DNA of 60,397 nucleotides, filler included, from Basidiobolus ranarum (Eukaryota): NCBI GenBank assembly GCA_040143965.1. It is 12 parts of 12 records of this genome, joined end to end, with 100 filler letters (N's around TTAATTAATTAA, not from the genome) between each part and the next. Parts side by side here need not be neighbours in the genome. Positions count along the whole stretch, not along the records: positions 50,433 to 55,366 come from JASJQH010008654.1; positions 55,467 to 60,397 come from JASJQH010008655.1; 10 more parts are not named here. One strand, 5' to 3'. Shown piece by piece: positions 50,433 to 60,397 of this stretch (position 1 is its first letter; each line of letters starts with the position of its first letter). The notes under the pieces were generated by a model. It saw only the letters and a program-made list of their open reading frames with translations, ran no database searches and was not told where the DNA came from. The position numbers and the translations under genes were made by a program.

Positions 50433-50541
50433 AAATCCCTGGCAGAATGCAAGCCAACAATATTGTGACGGTTCTCTGACGGTTTTGCTATTTCAGAGGG
50501 TGGATCCGATCTGGATCAAATCGATTTTATTTTTGTTAGGG
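50433..50541 (+). mobile_element. Least-decayed 'A' terminus of the CACTA-like element
   Basis: Ends …ATCGATTTTATTTTTGTTAGGG and keeps CpGs that other copies have lost. Confidence 0.8.
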
Positions 50542-53500
50542 GACAAATAGCTGACTCTTGTTACTGTTCACGATGAGAATTAGCTGTTGGATTTTGGCAA
50601 ATTTCCTTAAAGAATTCACCCAAAATATCCCCAACTTGCAGTCAACAAAAGTCCGGCCACAAGTATATGTATCATTGCTTGAATAGATTACCCCATGGCT
50701 AAAACAATAATACTGCATATTTCACTCTATCTAACCTATAAATCTGTCTTGCAGCTTTCCTAAAAATACTGCCAGATTATCACACAAAAAATTAGTCCAA
50801 ATTATATGGAGGAACTTACTCTATGTCTATGAATTGGGTTTTGTTGCTGTTATTGTTCTGAAACAATGCAAAAACCCACAAGTACATTGTGAAGAGCCCT
50901 TAGTTGGAAGGTCAATAGACTCTGGAGTCTCTTAAACTCATTGCATTATCTCCATTACTGATTTTGCTAATGCAATATTAAGCAGATTAGTATATTGTAA
51001 TACTGACAATTTCACACTGGGCATCACTTTACTATAGGTGCACTCCATAAGGGACTCCCAGAATATATAGCAAGGGCCTATAATCTCTAAGCATTGTGAA
51101 AGATGCAGCAGAGAATGTATTGAATACTGGCATAGATTCAGTCTATCTTCTTAAAGTGGAAATAAAGTTTTTCATATCCAATTGCAAAATATTTACACAG
51201 TTGCTGTATCTGCCTGAAATCTGCCAGTATGTGTTGATGCCATAGGAGCATATTAACAATATCCACAAACAACTCCCAATGTTGCCAAAACGTATCAGGC
51301 TGAAATCTTTTCAAGATTCCATTTGACTGTACACAAATCCAATACTTCCAGTCTTTGCATTTGAATAAATATCTAGATGAGTGATTATTGATGGGAGCCC
51401 TGGTAAAATATGATGGTATCTTGAGGTTTTCAAGTATTTTTCCAAACAATTCAAACTTTGATGCTATCTCAAATGGTTCATTCATATTGAATTTTCCACT
51501 ATATAGCTGAGTTAGCAGTATTGTAATATTGTTGAATAGTAAGTATATAGTGCCTTTTGGGAATCTTTGGCTCCAGCTGATCCCTTTAGCAATATAAACT
51601 TAGGCTTATGCCTAATACCAAGTTTGATGTTGGACTTATTATTTGGTGAATTGATATCAGTAATCATGTTGAAATCTGCCCAGGCTCTTGATGGTTAAAT
51701 CATGGAGCTTAGTGCTGGATTTGGATAGTGGTAATGCTTTTGCCTGGTCGAGTAGACTACATTGATATGACAAAATCTGCAACAAGATAGTGCATTGTGC
51801 CTGCAAAAACCTTCAAGTTTACTGAGGGCAGCAGTGTCACAATTAGATACAAAGATATTAATATTAATAAAATTTTCACCCATCTGAACCCCATTAGATA
51901 ACCGTTTAAATTCCTCAATCAAAAGCTCCAAGAAGCTATCTATAAGCACTGGTGATTTAGGTCCAGATATGATTGATAGTATCAAAACACTATGACTCTT
52001 ATACCATTCAGAAGGAACTAGATATGAGTTAATCAAGTTATTGGCTAGCAAGCCTTTCCAACAGTATATTTGTTTGGTGAGAAACCATCCAGAGCCAATG
52101 CAAATGTATGATCATAAATGTTTTCAAAGAAACCTTGACTTTTCAGATTCTGGTAGTGAAATCCATCAAGTATATTGGTAATACCATATGCAAGCCAAAT
52201 GTGCACAGTATTCACCTGATTCAGTGATTGCCAATGGTGTGCAAACACTACATGACTTCTGGTTTTCCAGATCACCAGCATATACCAAACAGCCGTTTAG
52301 ACGTGAAGGCAGTTTAATTACTGAAGGATTTTAAGTCATACAACATACATGTGTTTTCCACTTTTACCAGCTCTGTGACCAGCAATAGTTGCAATCAACA
52401 CCTACCATGTAAGGGTGGCATTTTTGGCATAGCACATCAATATCATCAGCTGATTCTGACACGGTGTCACAGATGAGCCATCAGGGGATTTACAAGATAT
52501 TTCCAGTAATGGATGGCAAATTTGGTTTATTATAAACTGTTTCTAAGCAATTTCATTATACCAAGTTTACCATCTGAAAATTTCAATGCCATTCAAAAAG
52601 CATTCAAAATCTAAGTCAAAATGGCTTCCAAACCAAAGCCTGCTGGCATGAATGGAAAAAAACCAGCAAGAACAGAGCACTTAATTGATGAGTAGTCTAG
52701 CAATCCACTATCCACTTTGGAAGGCATTAACATGCCAGAAACTAACTCAAGTAATGATAAAGCATTAATCAATTTACCAGATGTGTTCCTTTCCAGCAAT
52801 AGTGCAAGTGAAGAGGTTGCTATCCCCCAATTACATGGTAAATCAATAGTTGAACAAAGTTCAACAGAAACACCATCAAGATGATTGAGTCCCCAAATGG
52901 CTACTCTGCCAACTATTGAAAAACCCTTGGTAGAAAATTTGGATAGAATTATACAACTAAGGAATTGCAGGCAGAACACTGTCATGCTTTGGATGCAATC
53001 ATAAGTAAAAGCTACAAAGTTTCTACACAGGCCATGACAATCAATATTGCTGCAATATCACAATTAATGCAGCATTTCAAAGCAACTAGTCAACAGTTAT
53101 AAAGTCACTCAACAATGATAAAAGACCTTCAGTATGCTGTGCTTGGCTACAACAACATGCTACTCCATCCATCTGTTGTCATCTATGATTACAATCAATC
53201 CCACACCATACATATGGATGTCACCATGACAATCTAGCAGAGCAGAATATGTGTTGGACTATTAAGCCTACAAATGACCTGAAATTGCTTGGACACATGA
53301 AAGTAGAAATCTTGTAGGAAAACCGGCTAACCAAAACAGTCAAAATGTCGGAGCTGCCATCACTTGCTCTGATTATGAGCAGTTGAACATTTTGGAAGTT
53401 GTGTGGAATCTTGCCCGCAATCACCATGATTTGAGCCAATTGTAGAAAAACCAAACACCAGGCATTACTCAGAGGGTTCTTGACTTATTGCATGTGGCTT

Positions 53501-54588
53501 GTCCTGAATTTTTGCAAGCAAATGCCAGTTGGACTAGTATAGGCAAATTCATGAAACATCTCAAAAATTTACGCAATTGTTGACTTGGAAAAAAAATAAA
53601 AGCAGCTAAAGAAGTACTCAAAGCGCAGGAAGTTAGTGAACCCAAGGGAAAGGCAAAGAAGCCAGTGAGTTTAAGTGTTATGTTGCACTTACCAAATTCT
53701 TCACACCATTACAAAGATTGGCATTTCCACAGGCAGATATACTGGCAAAAAAGCTTAATTTCATCGTGGAACCAGTTACACCAGTTAGATGAGTGCTAAA
53801 TTTGAAAGTTTATCCAACACCTGGCACCTCTCAACAAGCGAAAGCACCAGCAAGTAAAACTCATGGCTCTCCAATCTGAACTGTTACTTTTTAATGTGTT
53901 GAAATTAGCCCCAAATTTAAAGGCAAGCAAAAAGCCACACAAACACTACAAAGCACCCTCAGTAGTATCACACTACAAAGAGGTATGAAAATAGTAAAGG
54001 TGCTTGAGCAGTATTTTCAAAAGTATGAGGGGAAAATGCAGTGCAAGTATGCAGAAAGTTGCTTTAGAAGAAGAACATTCAACTTGACATTCATTCTGAT
54101 GTTCACCATGCAGATATCTGGGGAGAACTTAATAAAGAGTGGTACAATATTGCAGGGTATCTGCTGGATAGCAGGAAGAATTTTGATTCAGCTATATTGA
54201 TACAATGGTGGGCTTTGATGGAGAAACTGATACAACCTCATGTTGGATAAGAGTTAAACCTTGGTTATGAAGAACTCTAAAAAAATATTCTGGAGAATAT
54301 TTCAAAGAAACTATGGATTTCAAAGATGACACATTAGTTTTCAAGTGGTAAATGTGTAACATTTGTGTAATGTTTTTGCCCATGTATTGATCCATGGTTC
54401 TCTGATATTGTAGCCAATCATGTGCAACTATTTTGCAAGATCTCAAAATTTCCCTCCTGAAACTGAAACAATTGATTACAATCAAATCTAACTTGATGAT
54501 TTAATGCAGGTGAGTGAACAGGCAACCTAAAATGGATTAAAATTATGATGGTTGTCCTACAAAAACAATCCTCAAACTGCTGATAGGG
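50542..54588. mobile_element. Most complete CACTA-like copy: transposase (-, about 52390-50550), divergent ORF2 (+, about 52600-54500) and 'B' terminus at 54588
   Basis: ORFs 52045-52281, 51695-52051 and 51138-51485 are transposase pieces (FALALDGF, IISGPKSP…DSFL, FKCKDWKYW). ORF2 pieces are homologous to 6076-7800. Ends TGATAGGG. Confidence 0.8.
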
Positions 54589-55012
54589 ACCTCAGATGAG
54601 GAAAAAGTTCATTTTTCTCCTGTTTCAATCATTCTAGACATTTGAACATAAACAATGAAGAAAATAGCATTCATGTTGACCCATAAACTGAAGTGCAGGC
54701 TACTGAGATGCCCAAAACAGTGCCAGAAGCTGTAGTACCCAAAATTTCCAACTTGATCAATTCCAGGGATATTTTGCTTAATGAAAATGAGAAATTTGAC
54801 CCAAAATGACCTCAGCTGGAGACAAAAATTAATTTTCTCCTCATCCAATCATTCAATTTTATTAAAACTGAAACAATTAAGAAAGTAGTATTGCTGTAGA
54901 CCTTTCAACCAGAATGTTACCAAGTGAGGTAACCAATACCAGGCCAGAATTTGTAGGACCTTTGTCCCAAACCAGGAGAACAAATCAGATCAGAAATAGG
55001 CCTGATTACTCT

Positions 55013-55260
55013 ATGATACAATAAGGAACTGGACAAGGACTGGAAATGGCAACAAGAGGCTAGAAAGCAGGAGAGTACTTGGGTGTAGACCACAAGACAA
55101 GACAAGACAAGACTGGACAAGGAAGATACTTTTGCAAGAATCTTTATTGATAACTGGCATTGATCAGACTGAGGTCTGATCAAGGAATATATGGGGCTTA
55201 TACAGATATTGTAAGGTGAAACATAATATATGGAATAGGGAATATACTGTGGCAAGTTCT
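55013..55260. mobile_element. Fragment related to the gypsy LTR at 2426-2958
   Basis: Shares blocks such as CAAGAGGCTAGA…TATTGATAACTGGCATT…TGATCAAGGAA…GTGGCAAGTTC. Confidence 0.65.
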
Positions 55261-55466
55261 ATTGGGAAAATATGGGCTGTTTGGAGGAACTTTAGAAAAG
55301 TGGAGTTGTGAATAGCTTTGTGAGATAATTGTTTATTGTCCAGAAATAAAGCATTTATACTTTTTGNNNNNNNNNNNNNNNNNNNNNNNNNNNNNNNNNN
55401 NNNNNNNNNNTTAATTAATTAANNNNNNNNNNNNNNNNNNNNNNNNNNNNNNNNNNNNNNNNNNNN

Positions 55467-55716
55467 ACCCAGCTTCAGCGATCCGTTGCTCTAGTGATCT
55501 GTTGGGCTCATCATGGGTCATTTTTTGGATGGCCACTTGATAGAGATTGTGTCTTTCAGCGGCCAGGGTGAGTCTGGTGTCAATAGTCAAGCCTGGGATT
55601 CCCATCTTCTGACGCTCCTGGTTCACTAACGCTAAGAGTCTGTTGCCATCAAAAGAGAGAACAACTTCAACGAATACGACCAGAGCAAAATAGAAGTGAA
55701 TGATGGAAAACTTCAT
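55467..55716 (-). CDS. Secreted CAP/SCP-domain protein (YkwD-like subtype); 3'-truncated
   Basis: Signal peptide MKFSIIHFYFALVVFVEVVLS, then LLALVNQER…GL…LTLAAERH…MTHD…RIAEAG; TATA-like element upstream. Confidence 0.85.
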
Positions 55717-58452
55717 GGTTGTAAGATTGAATGATAGCCCCTAGTACGCTCCACCTGTTTATATACTTGTCCATGATGCCAACCTCGCCAATAGTGGAGA
55801 AAGAATGTAGCGGAGAGAACGAACCAAGCTCTTCACCTAATCAAAACCAATTGTCCCTTTGAGCATTCCAATCGATCGACTCTGCCACCACGACTGGCCA
55901 ATCTATTAGAATTATGACCTTGGAATGGCAATCCAAGCCCGTTGGACCTCCACTTGGTGGCAGAACGAGATTAACCGCCAACAATTACTTCCTAAGTTAG
56001 TTTTTAACACAGCCCAACTTCTATTTGTGGACCATCGACAATAATATGAGACAGCATAGGATAGATAACCTTGAGTAAGCTCTCGCTCCACTACCACTTG
56101 GTAGTATCATATCATTTGAAAAGTTTCACCCTTGAGACTGAACATAATGGTTGGAGTCCAGTCATACAAATAATTGGATTTTAGATTCCCATATACAGGG
56201 GAATCTAAACCAGATCTGCCATATTAAGAACCCAAGTCAAATATGGAAAGCCCCTTCCAAAAGCGGGAAGAAACTTTACTGGTTTAGAAATACTAATGAT
56301 CAACTCAATATAGGAGTACCCAAATGAATTTTCAAGTCACAAATTGATGACGTAGTAAGAAATTGGAATCCAGGATGTGGTAACAACAAATCTTCGAGTA
56401 TACTGCAGTAAAGGAAGAATATAGATAAAAAGAAGTTGCAGGTGTTTATGTTAGCGGTAGAAGTATGTGAGGCATGATATCTCCACCGTGGAAATACTAA
56501 TTTATTTTCTAATATGTAGGTTCAACTACCTTGCAAATCTATATCCCTGTTCCAACGCATTTCTTCAACCATTCTTTGTTTGTTCTTTGTTTGACTGGTG
56601 TCTCATCACTACCCTATCTATACACGATCAAAGTTTATCCTTAAGACAACTTCGTCATTGACTTTCCATTCACTATAGCTTCGAGCATAAAGTCATTTGC
56701 TGTAGCAGCAACGTTTATTGTTACTACTTGGCCATCTTCCGGTAATCATTCGTATAGGTTCACAATAATTCCTATCGTTGATAGTCTCTCATTACTGTGC
56801 CAAATTATTGTGACACCTACAAAAAGAGTAAAAGTGATCGATGGGTAATCCAATCAAGTGATCCAAACTCGTTACTTGAATGGAATTATCATTCCTGATC
56901 CTACCCGCACCAACAAAAATCATGAAGCTGATTAATAGTTGATATTATTCAGGATCAATGAAAAAACTAACGACAAATATCAATTTGGGAGTTTCCCATA
57001 TTTGTATCGATCAATACAAATAGAATACACTTGGATGATGAAAAGGTATCGTGCGGCACCGCTTATATTCCGTGTTGCTCATAAGCCTCTAAGCACCATA
57101 GGCTTGTTACTACTTGTAGTTCAAGAGCGTCAACATAAGCGTAGACGAAAAGAATATCTTAGCACCCTTTCTTGTTTCCAAATTTCCTACGGAAGCAAGA
57201 GGGTCGGAAATTCATAGATTCTTATTTAAAAAACAATATAATTCCAAATTTCAAGGCTACATATGCATCAGTGAGGGATGTACTTAGGATGTTGAACATT
57301 TTGCGGTAAGAATGATATTCCTCTACGCGTACTTCTCGTTTTAAAAAATATGGGACTTATCCAGTTAATGCGCTTGTTATTGGGTGGTTAATGATAGTAT
57401 TTCACATATCCATCACCAGATTTTGAATACTAAGGACGAACGACTACATCGAATATCGTTTACCTGTCAGTAGAAAAGAAAAATCTATACTTCTGGTATT
57501 ATCCATGACCCTTCGTCTCATGAATCCATATCAGAGAAGTCAACTGAACCGAGCACTCTAAAGTAACTTTTCTTGCCATTTAAAATTATACAATTACAAT
57601 ATTTAACCATAAACATAACGACAAATGCCATATATCAGCATCAGGCTTATTATTAATATTAACATTTGAAAATTATGAGGTACTGTACTTTTACGTCACA
57701 GATTTAAACAAACTTCATACCAACTGTGTTTCAATGAACAAAAGTACAAAAAAGTCGGGGATATTAAGAGTTGTACGCATTTCGTCTACAGGCAACATAG
57801 TAAATCAATCTGAAAAACTAGGTTAGTTCAGTGTGGGGGTTATTTATTATTGGAATATCTGGTGATTTTGTCACACAACAATGTTACAAGTTTGCATATT
57901 AAAGCATGACAAGAAGAATAAATCGACGAGGTACATATTCCGGATACCAGTTAATAGAGTGACATACAGCAGGACACTAATTACTCTGGATTCTACCTTA
58001 TTTTGCCATCTCACTATTTAATGAAATATACTATATCCTCTACGAGTAGCTTCTATATGCGTATATTCATTATTGCCTCTACAGCACTAGACTTGGGTAA
58101 GACTTACAATAAGTAGCAAGAATATTCTCTGTACGAGCATAAATCCTGAACGCGGATGAGAAAGTACCTCAAAATTAGTCGTACAAACCCCAGCCAAGGA
58201 TAAAAAGTGGTAGAGAAGGAAATTTTCTTTGATTGATTTCACAAGTAAACTAGGTCCAAGCCAATTAAAGGTTGATTTTGATGCAGCGGCGTTAATAGTG
58301 AGAAAACAAATGGGAACACAACAGTTCTAGTGTTAATAAGTAGCAACTACCAGTATTTCAATACACCACTCACCCTGAAAGGTATCGCAATATTACGTAT
58401 AAAATGAAGATACTTGTCAACACTGTTGATCATCCCATCTTAACCTTCAACC

Positions 58453-58725
58453 ATGAAATTCTCTACCGGATTGACCGCTGTTGCTCTTGCCATTGTTGCC
58501 ACTACTGCTGAAGCTGGTTACGTCGTCACCAAGAACCATAAGGGAGATTCTTACTTGTGGACCTGCCCTGGTAACCCAGTACCCACCCTTCAGGGTCTTT
58601 GTGCTCAAAATGCTAGCACCTGTACCTTCAAAGCACCCATGTCATTCACATGCACTTCGTTGACCACCTGTAACATCTTGAGTGGAACCATGATTGGGCA
58701 AAACTGCCAACCCAAGAAAGTTTAA
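58453..58725 (+). CDS. Small secreted cysteine-rich protein (90 aa, 6 Cys)
   Basis: Signal peptide MKFSTGLTAVALAIVATTAEA, ACCATG context, TATAAAA at 58398-58404, six Cys in the mature part and an AT-rich 3' flank with AATAAA. Confidence 0.82.
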   Translation: MKFSTGLTAVALAIVATTAEAGYVVTKNHKGDSYLWTCPGNPVPTLQGLCAQNASTCTFKAPMSFTCTSLTTCNILSGTMIGQNCQPKKV

Positions 58726-59082
58726 ATATCGATGAGATTTGGTAGTGAAATATTTATATTTTCTTACCATCGAGAAATACTGATTGAATAAAATGTCAAT
58801 AAGTTAAATTGAATATAAGAATTAATTATTAACTAAATATTAATGTGACTTTCGTTTGGGAAACCCTACCTTTAGAGGTGGTATGAAATGTGGCAAATTG
58901 TGGCTAATGGATAAAAATACTGACATAATTCAATTGTGGCCACCTCCCTATGGGAATATTTCGACCAATTATTAACTAGGTTTGCTCACGATGTAGCTGA
59001 TTAATAAGTTTAAGAATCCACAGATTGATAAACGTAGAGTTACCGGATACAGGTTCTTGATTAATCGAGATTGTATTTGAGT

Positions 59083-60198
59083 TTAATATTTAAATGAAAT
59101 TTCTGGGAACCTGCTGTCAGGTTGTTGCAAGATAGGATCCATGATGTTACGAAATATAGAATCTAGAAAGGCAGAGATATAAGTGCGCTGTATTACCAAC
59201 GATCTAAGTCCATTGATGGTTCCTACTATTGGCTCTAGTGAAGGACTGGTCAACTTCAACAAATTGACCACAACTGGCAGATCAGAATAGGTGAAATGGT
59301 TCGAGTTGGCAAGTTGGAGTTGGAGTCGCCAAGATCGCAACTTGGGCCAAATCTTTGCCCAACTGGCCTCAGTACTCCTGTCACGTTGAGAACGACTCAT
59401 TATGAGAAACGGTCGATCTAAACCTTTATCTACCACAGGGCCCCAGAATGAACCATCAAGATTGGCACCAGCTATAATGCGATTATCATTCAACATGGCA
59501 GCTGCGGTAGTCGCACCACCAAAAGAATGACCAAACATGGCAACCTGGTGAACATCTAGTCTATTGCGTAGACCGGGGATTTGTTTTCTTATTTTTGAGG
59601 TATTTAACTGATCCAATACAAACTTTACATCTTGGGAGCGCACATTCAACGCTTTGTTAGCCTCATCATCAGTCTTGTTTCTGGAGACAGTCCCTTTTAT
59701 CACTTTTCCGTCGGGAAACTCTACAATACCCGCATCATACGGATGGTCAATAGATACTACGAGATAGCCGCGACTTGCGATGTCCGACAACAGCGATGTG
59801 TATAGGTATCGAGTTGCTCCTAAACCATGGGAAAACAGAACCACTGGTGGATTGTAATGCGCAATAGGGGCACCTAGATGAGCTTGGGTTTGAATGGTTT
59901 GAAGCGTATTATTGGGCAACCCATGCAGTTGGCTTATGTATTGAGCAGTTGCTTCAGGCATGTATGGTGTAACACTGTAATGGTCAGAATGCTTGGCAGG
60001 ATAGAGAAATTGAATCATCAAGGAACGTTTTTGTGTATCTGGTGCGTACGGGTCAACTCGATTATGGTCAATCAGTTTCGTCTGGACCGTTCCGACCTTA
60101 AATGCCCCTGATGGAGTAGGTAAAGACAATTTCGAAGATGTTACCTCGAATAAGGCAGAACTAACGATGACTAACATTGTAATTTTAGCTTTCATCAT
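59083..60198 (-). CDS. Secreted PAF-acetylhydrolase-like alpha/beta hydrolase (lipase/esterase)
   Basis: Intronless; likely start MMKAK at 60198, followed by a signal peptide. Motifs: PVVLFSHGLG, LxSxGYLVVSIDHPYDA, nucleophile GHSFGG, NLDG and the His in SNHFTYSD. Confidence 0.88.
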   Translation of the reverse strand: MMKAKITMLVIVSSALFEVTSSKLSLPTPSGAFKVGTVQTKLIDHNRVDPYAPDTQKRSLMIQFLYPAKHSDHYSVTPYMPEATAQYISQLHGLPNNTLQTIQTQAHLGAPIAHYNPPVVLFSHGLGATRYLYTSLLSDIASRGYLVVSIDHPYDAGIVEFPDGKVIKGTVSRNKTDDEANKALNVRSQDVKFVLDQLNTSKIRKQIPGLRNRLDVHQVAMFGHSFGGATTAAAMLNDNRIIAGANLDGSFWGPVVDKGLDRPFLIMSRSQRDRSTEASWAKIWPKLRSWRLQLQLANSNHFTYSDLPVVVNLLKLTSPSLEPIVGTINGLRSLVIQRTYISAFLDSIFRNIMDPILQQPDSRFPEISFKY

Positions 60199-60397
60199 TC
60201 TGGAGGAAAGGTTAGAGCAAAGAGACAGAGGTGTTTGTGAATGATTATATATATGGCAGTATTCCGTAGTCATATGATTGGTATATGGTTGATGTTTATA
60301 ATGATGTCATCTTATGAATAAAGTGCACTATTAGAGTGTACCATTATCATACTTGGTTAATCTTAGCTTGGCAGAAATGATACTTGTGTCATTAGCC

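Noticed and set aside
52611..52985. 124-aa minus-strand ORF and similar short ORFs in the TE contigs
   Set aside because: Antisense shadows of decayed transposon ORFs or LTR sequence, with no independent motifs.
60199..60273. 25-aa N-terminal extension of the hydrolase
   Set aside because: It contains a TATA-like TATATATAA on the minus strand and precedes a clean signal peptide starting at MMKAK, so it is probably promoter/UTR.

Overview
This window is not one contiguous locus. It is 12 separate ~4.9-kb contigs in decreasing length order (4953 to 4931 bp), joined by artificial 100-nt spacers (44 N + TTAATTAATTAA + 44 N), so adjacency across spacers means nothing. The DNA is eukaryotic: the genes have short GT-AG introns and look fungal (an early-diverging fungus is my inference only). 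Eight contigs (1-5, 8, 10, 11) are almost CpG-free repeat DNA. They hold many decayed, nested copies of one CACTA/EnSpm (CMC)-type DNA transposon family (CCCTAACA termini, a transposase plus a divergent unknown ORF2), Ty1/copia and chromodomain Ty3/gypsy fragments with LTRs, a hierarchical 18/71/142-bp satellite, and an open C2H2 zinc-finger + J-domain (HPDK) ORF. Four contigs (6, 7, 9, 12) have normal CpG content and carry host genes: a class II fumarase split across the two ends of a contig with a 111-bp terminal repeat, two aldo-keto reductases, a cis-prenyltransferase, a group I truncated hemoglobin with three CPF motifs, a Q/N/Y/R-rich repeat protein, and three secreted proteins (CAP, 6-Cys, PAF-acetylhydrolase-like). 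The best leads are the ZF-J-domain ORF on the satellite contig, the two-gene CCCTAA-ended transposon family, the CPF-globin, the circularly permuted fumarase contig, and TE-restricted CpG loss. All calls are by eye, with no database searches, and boundaries of decayed elements are approximate.
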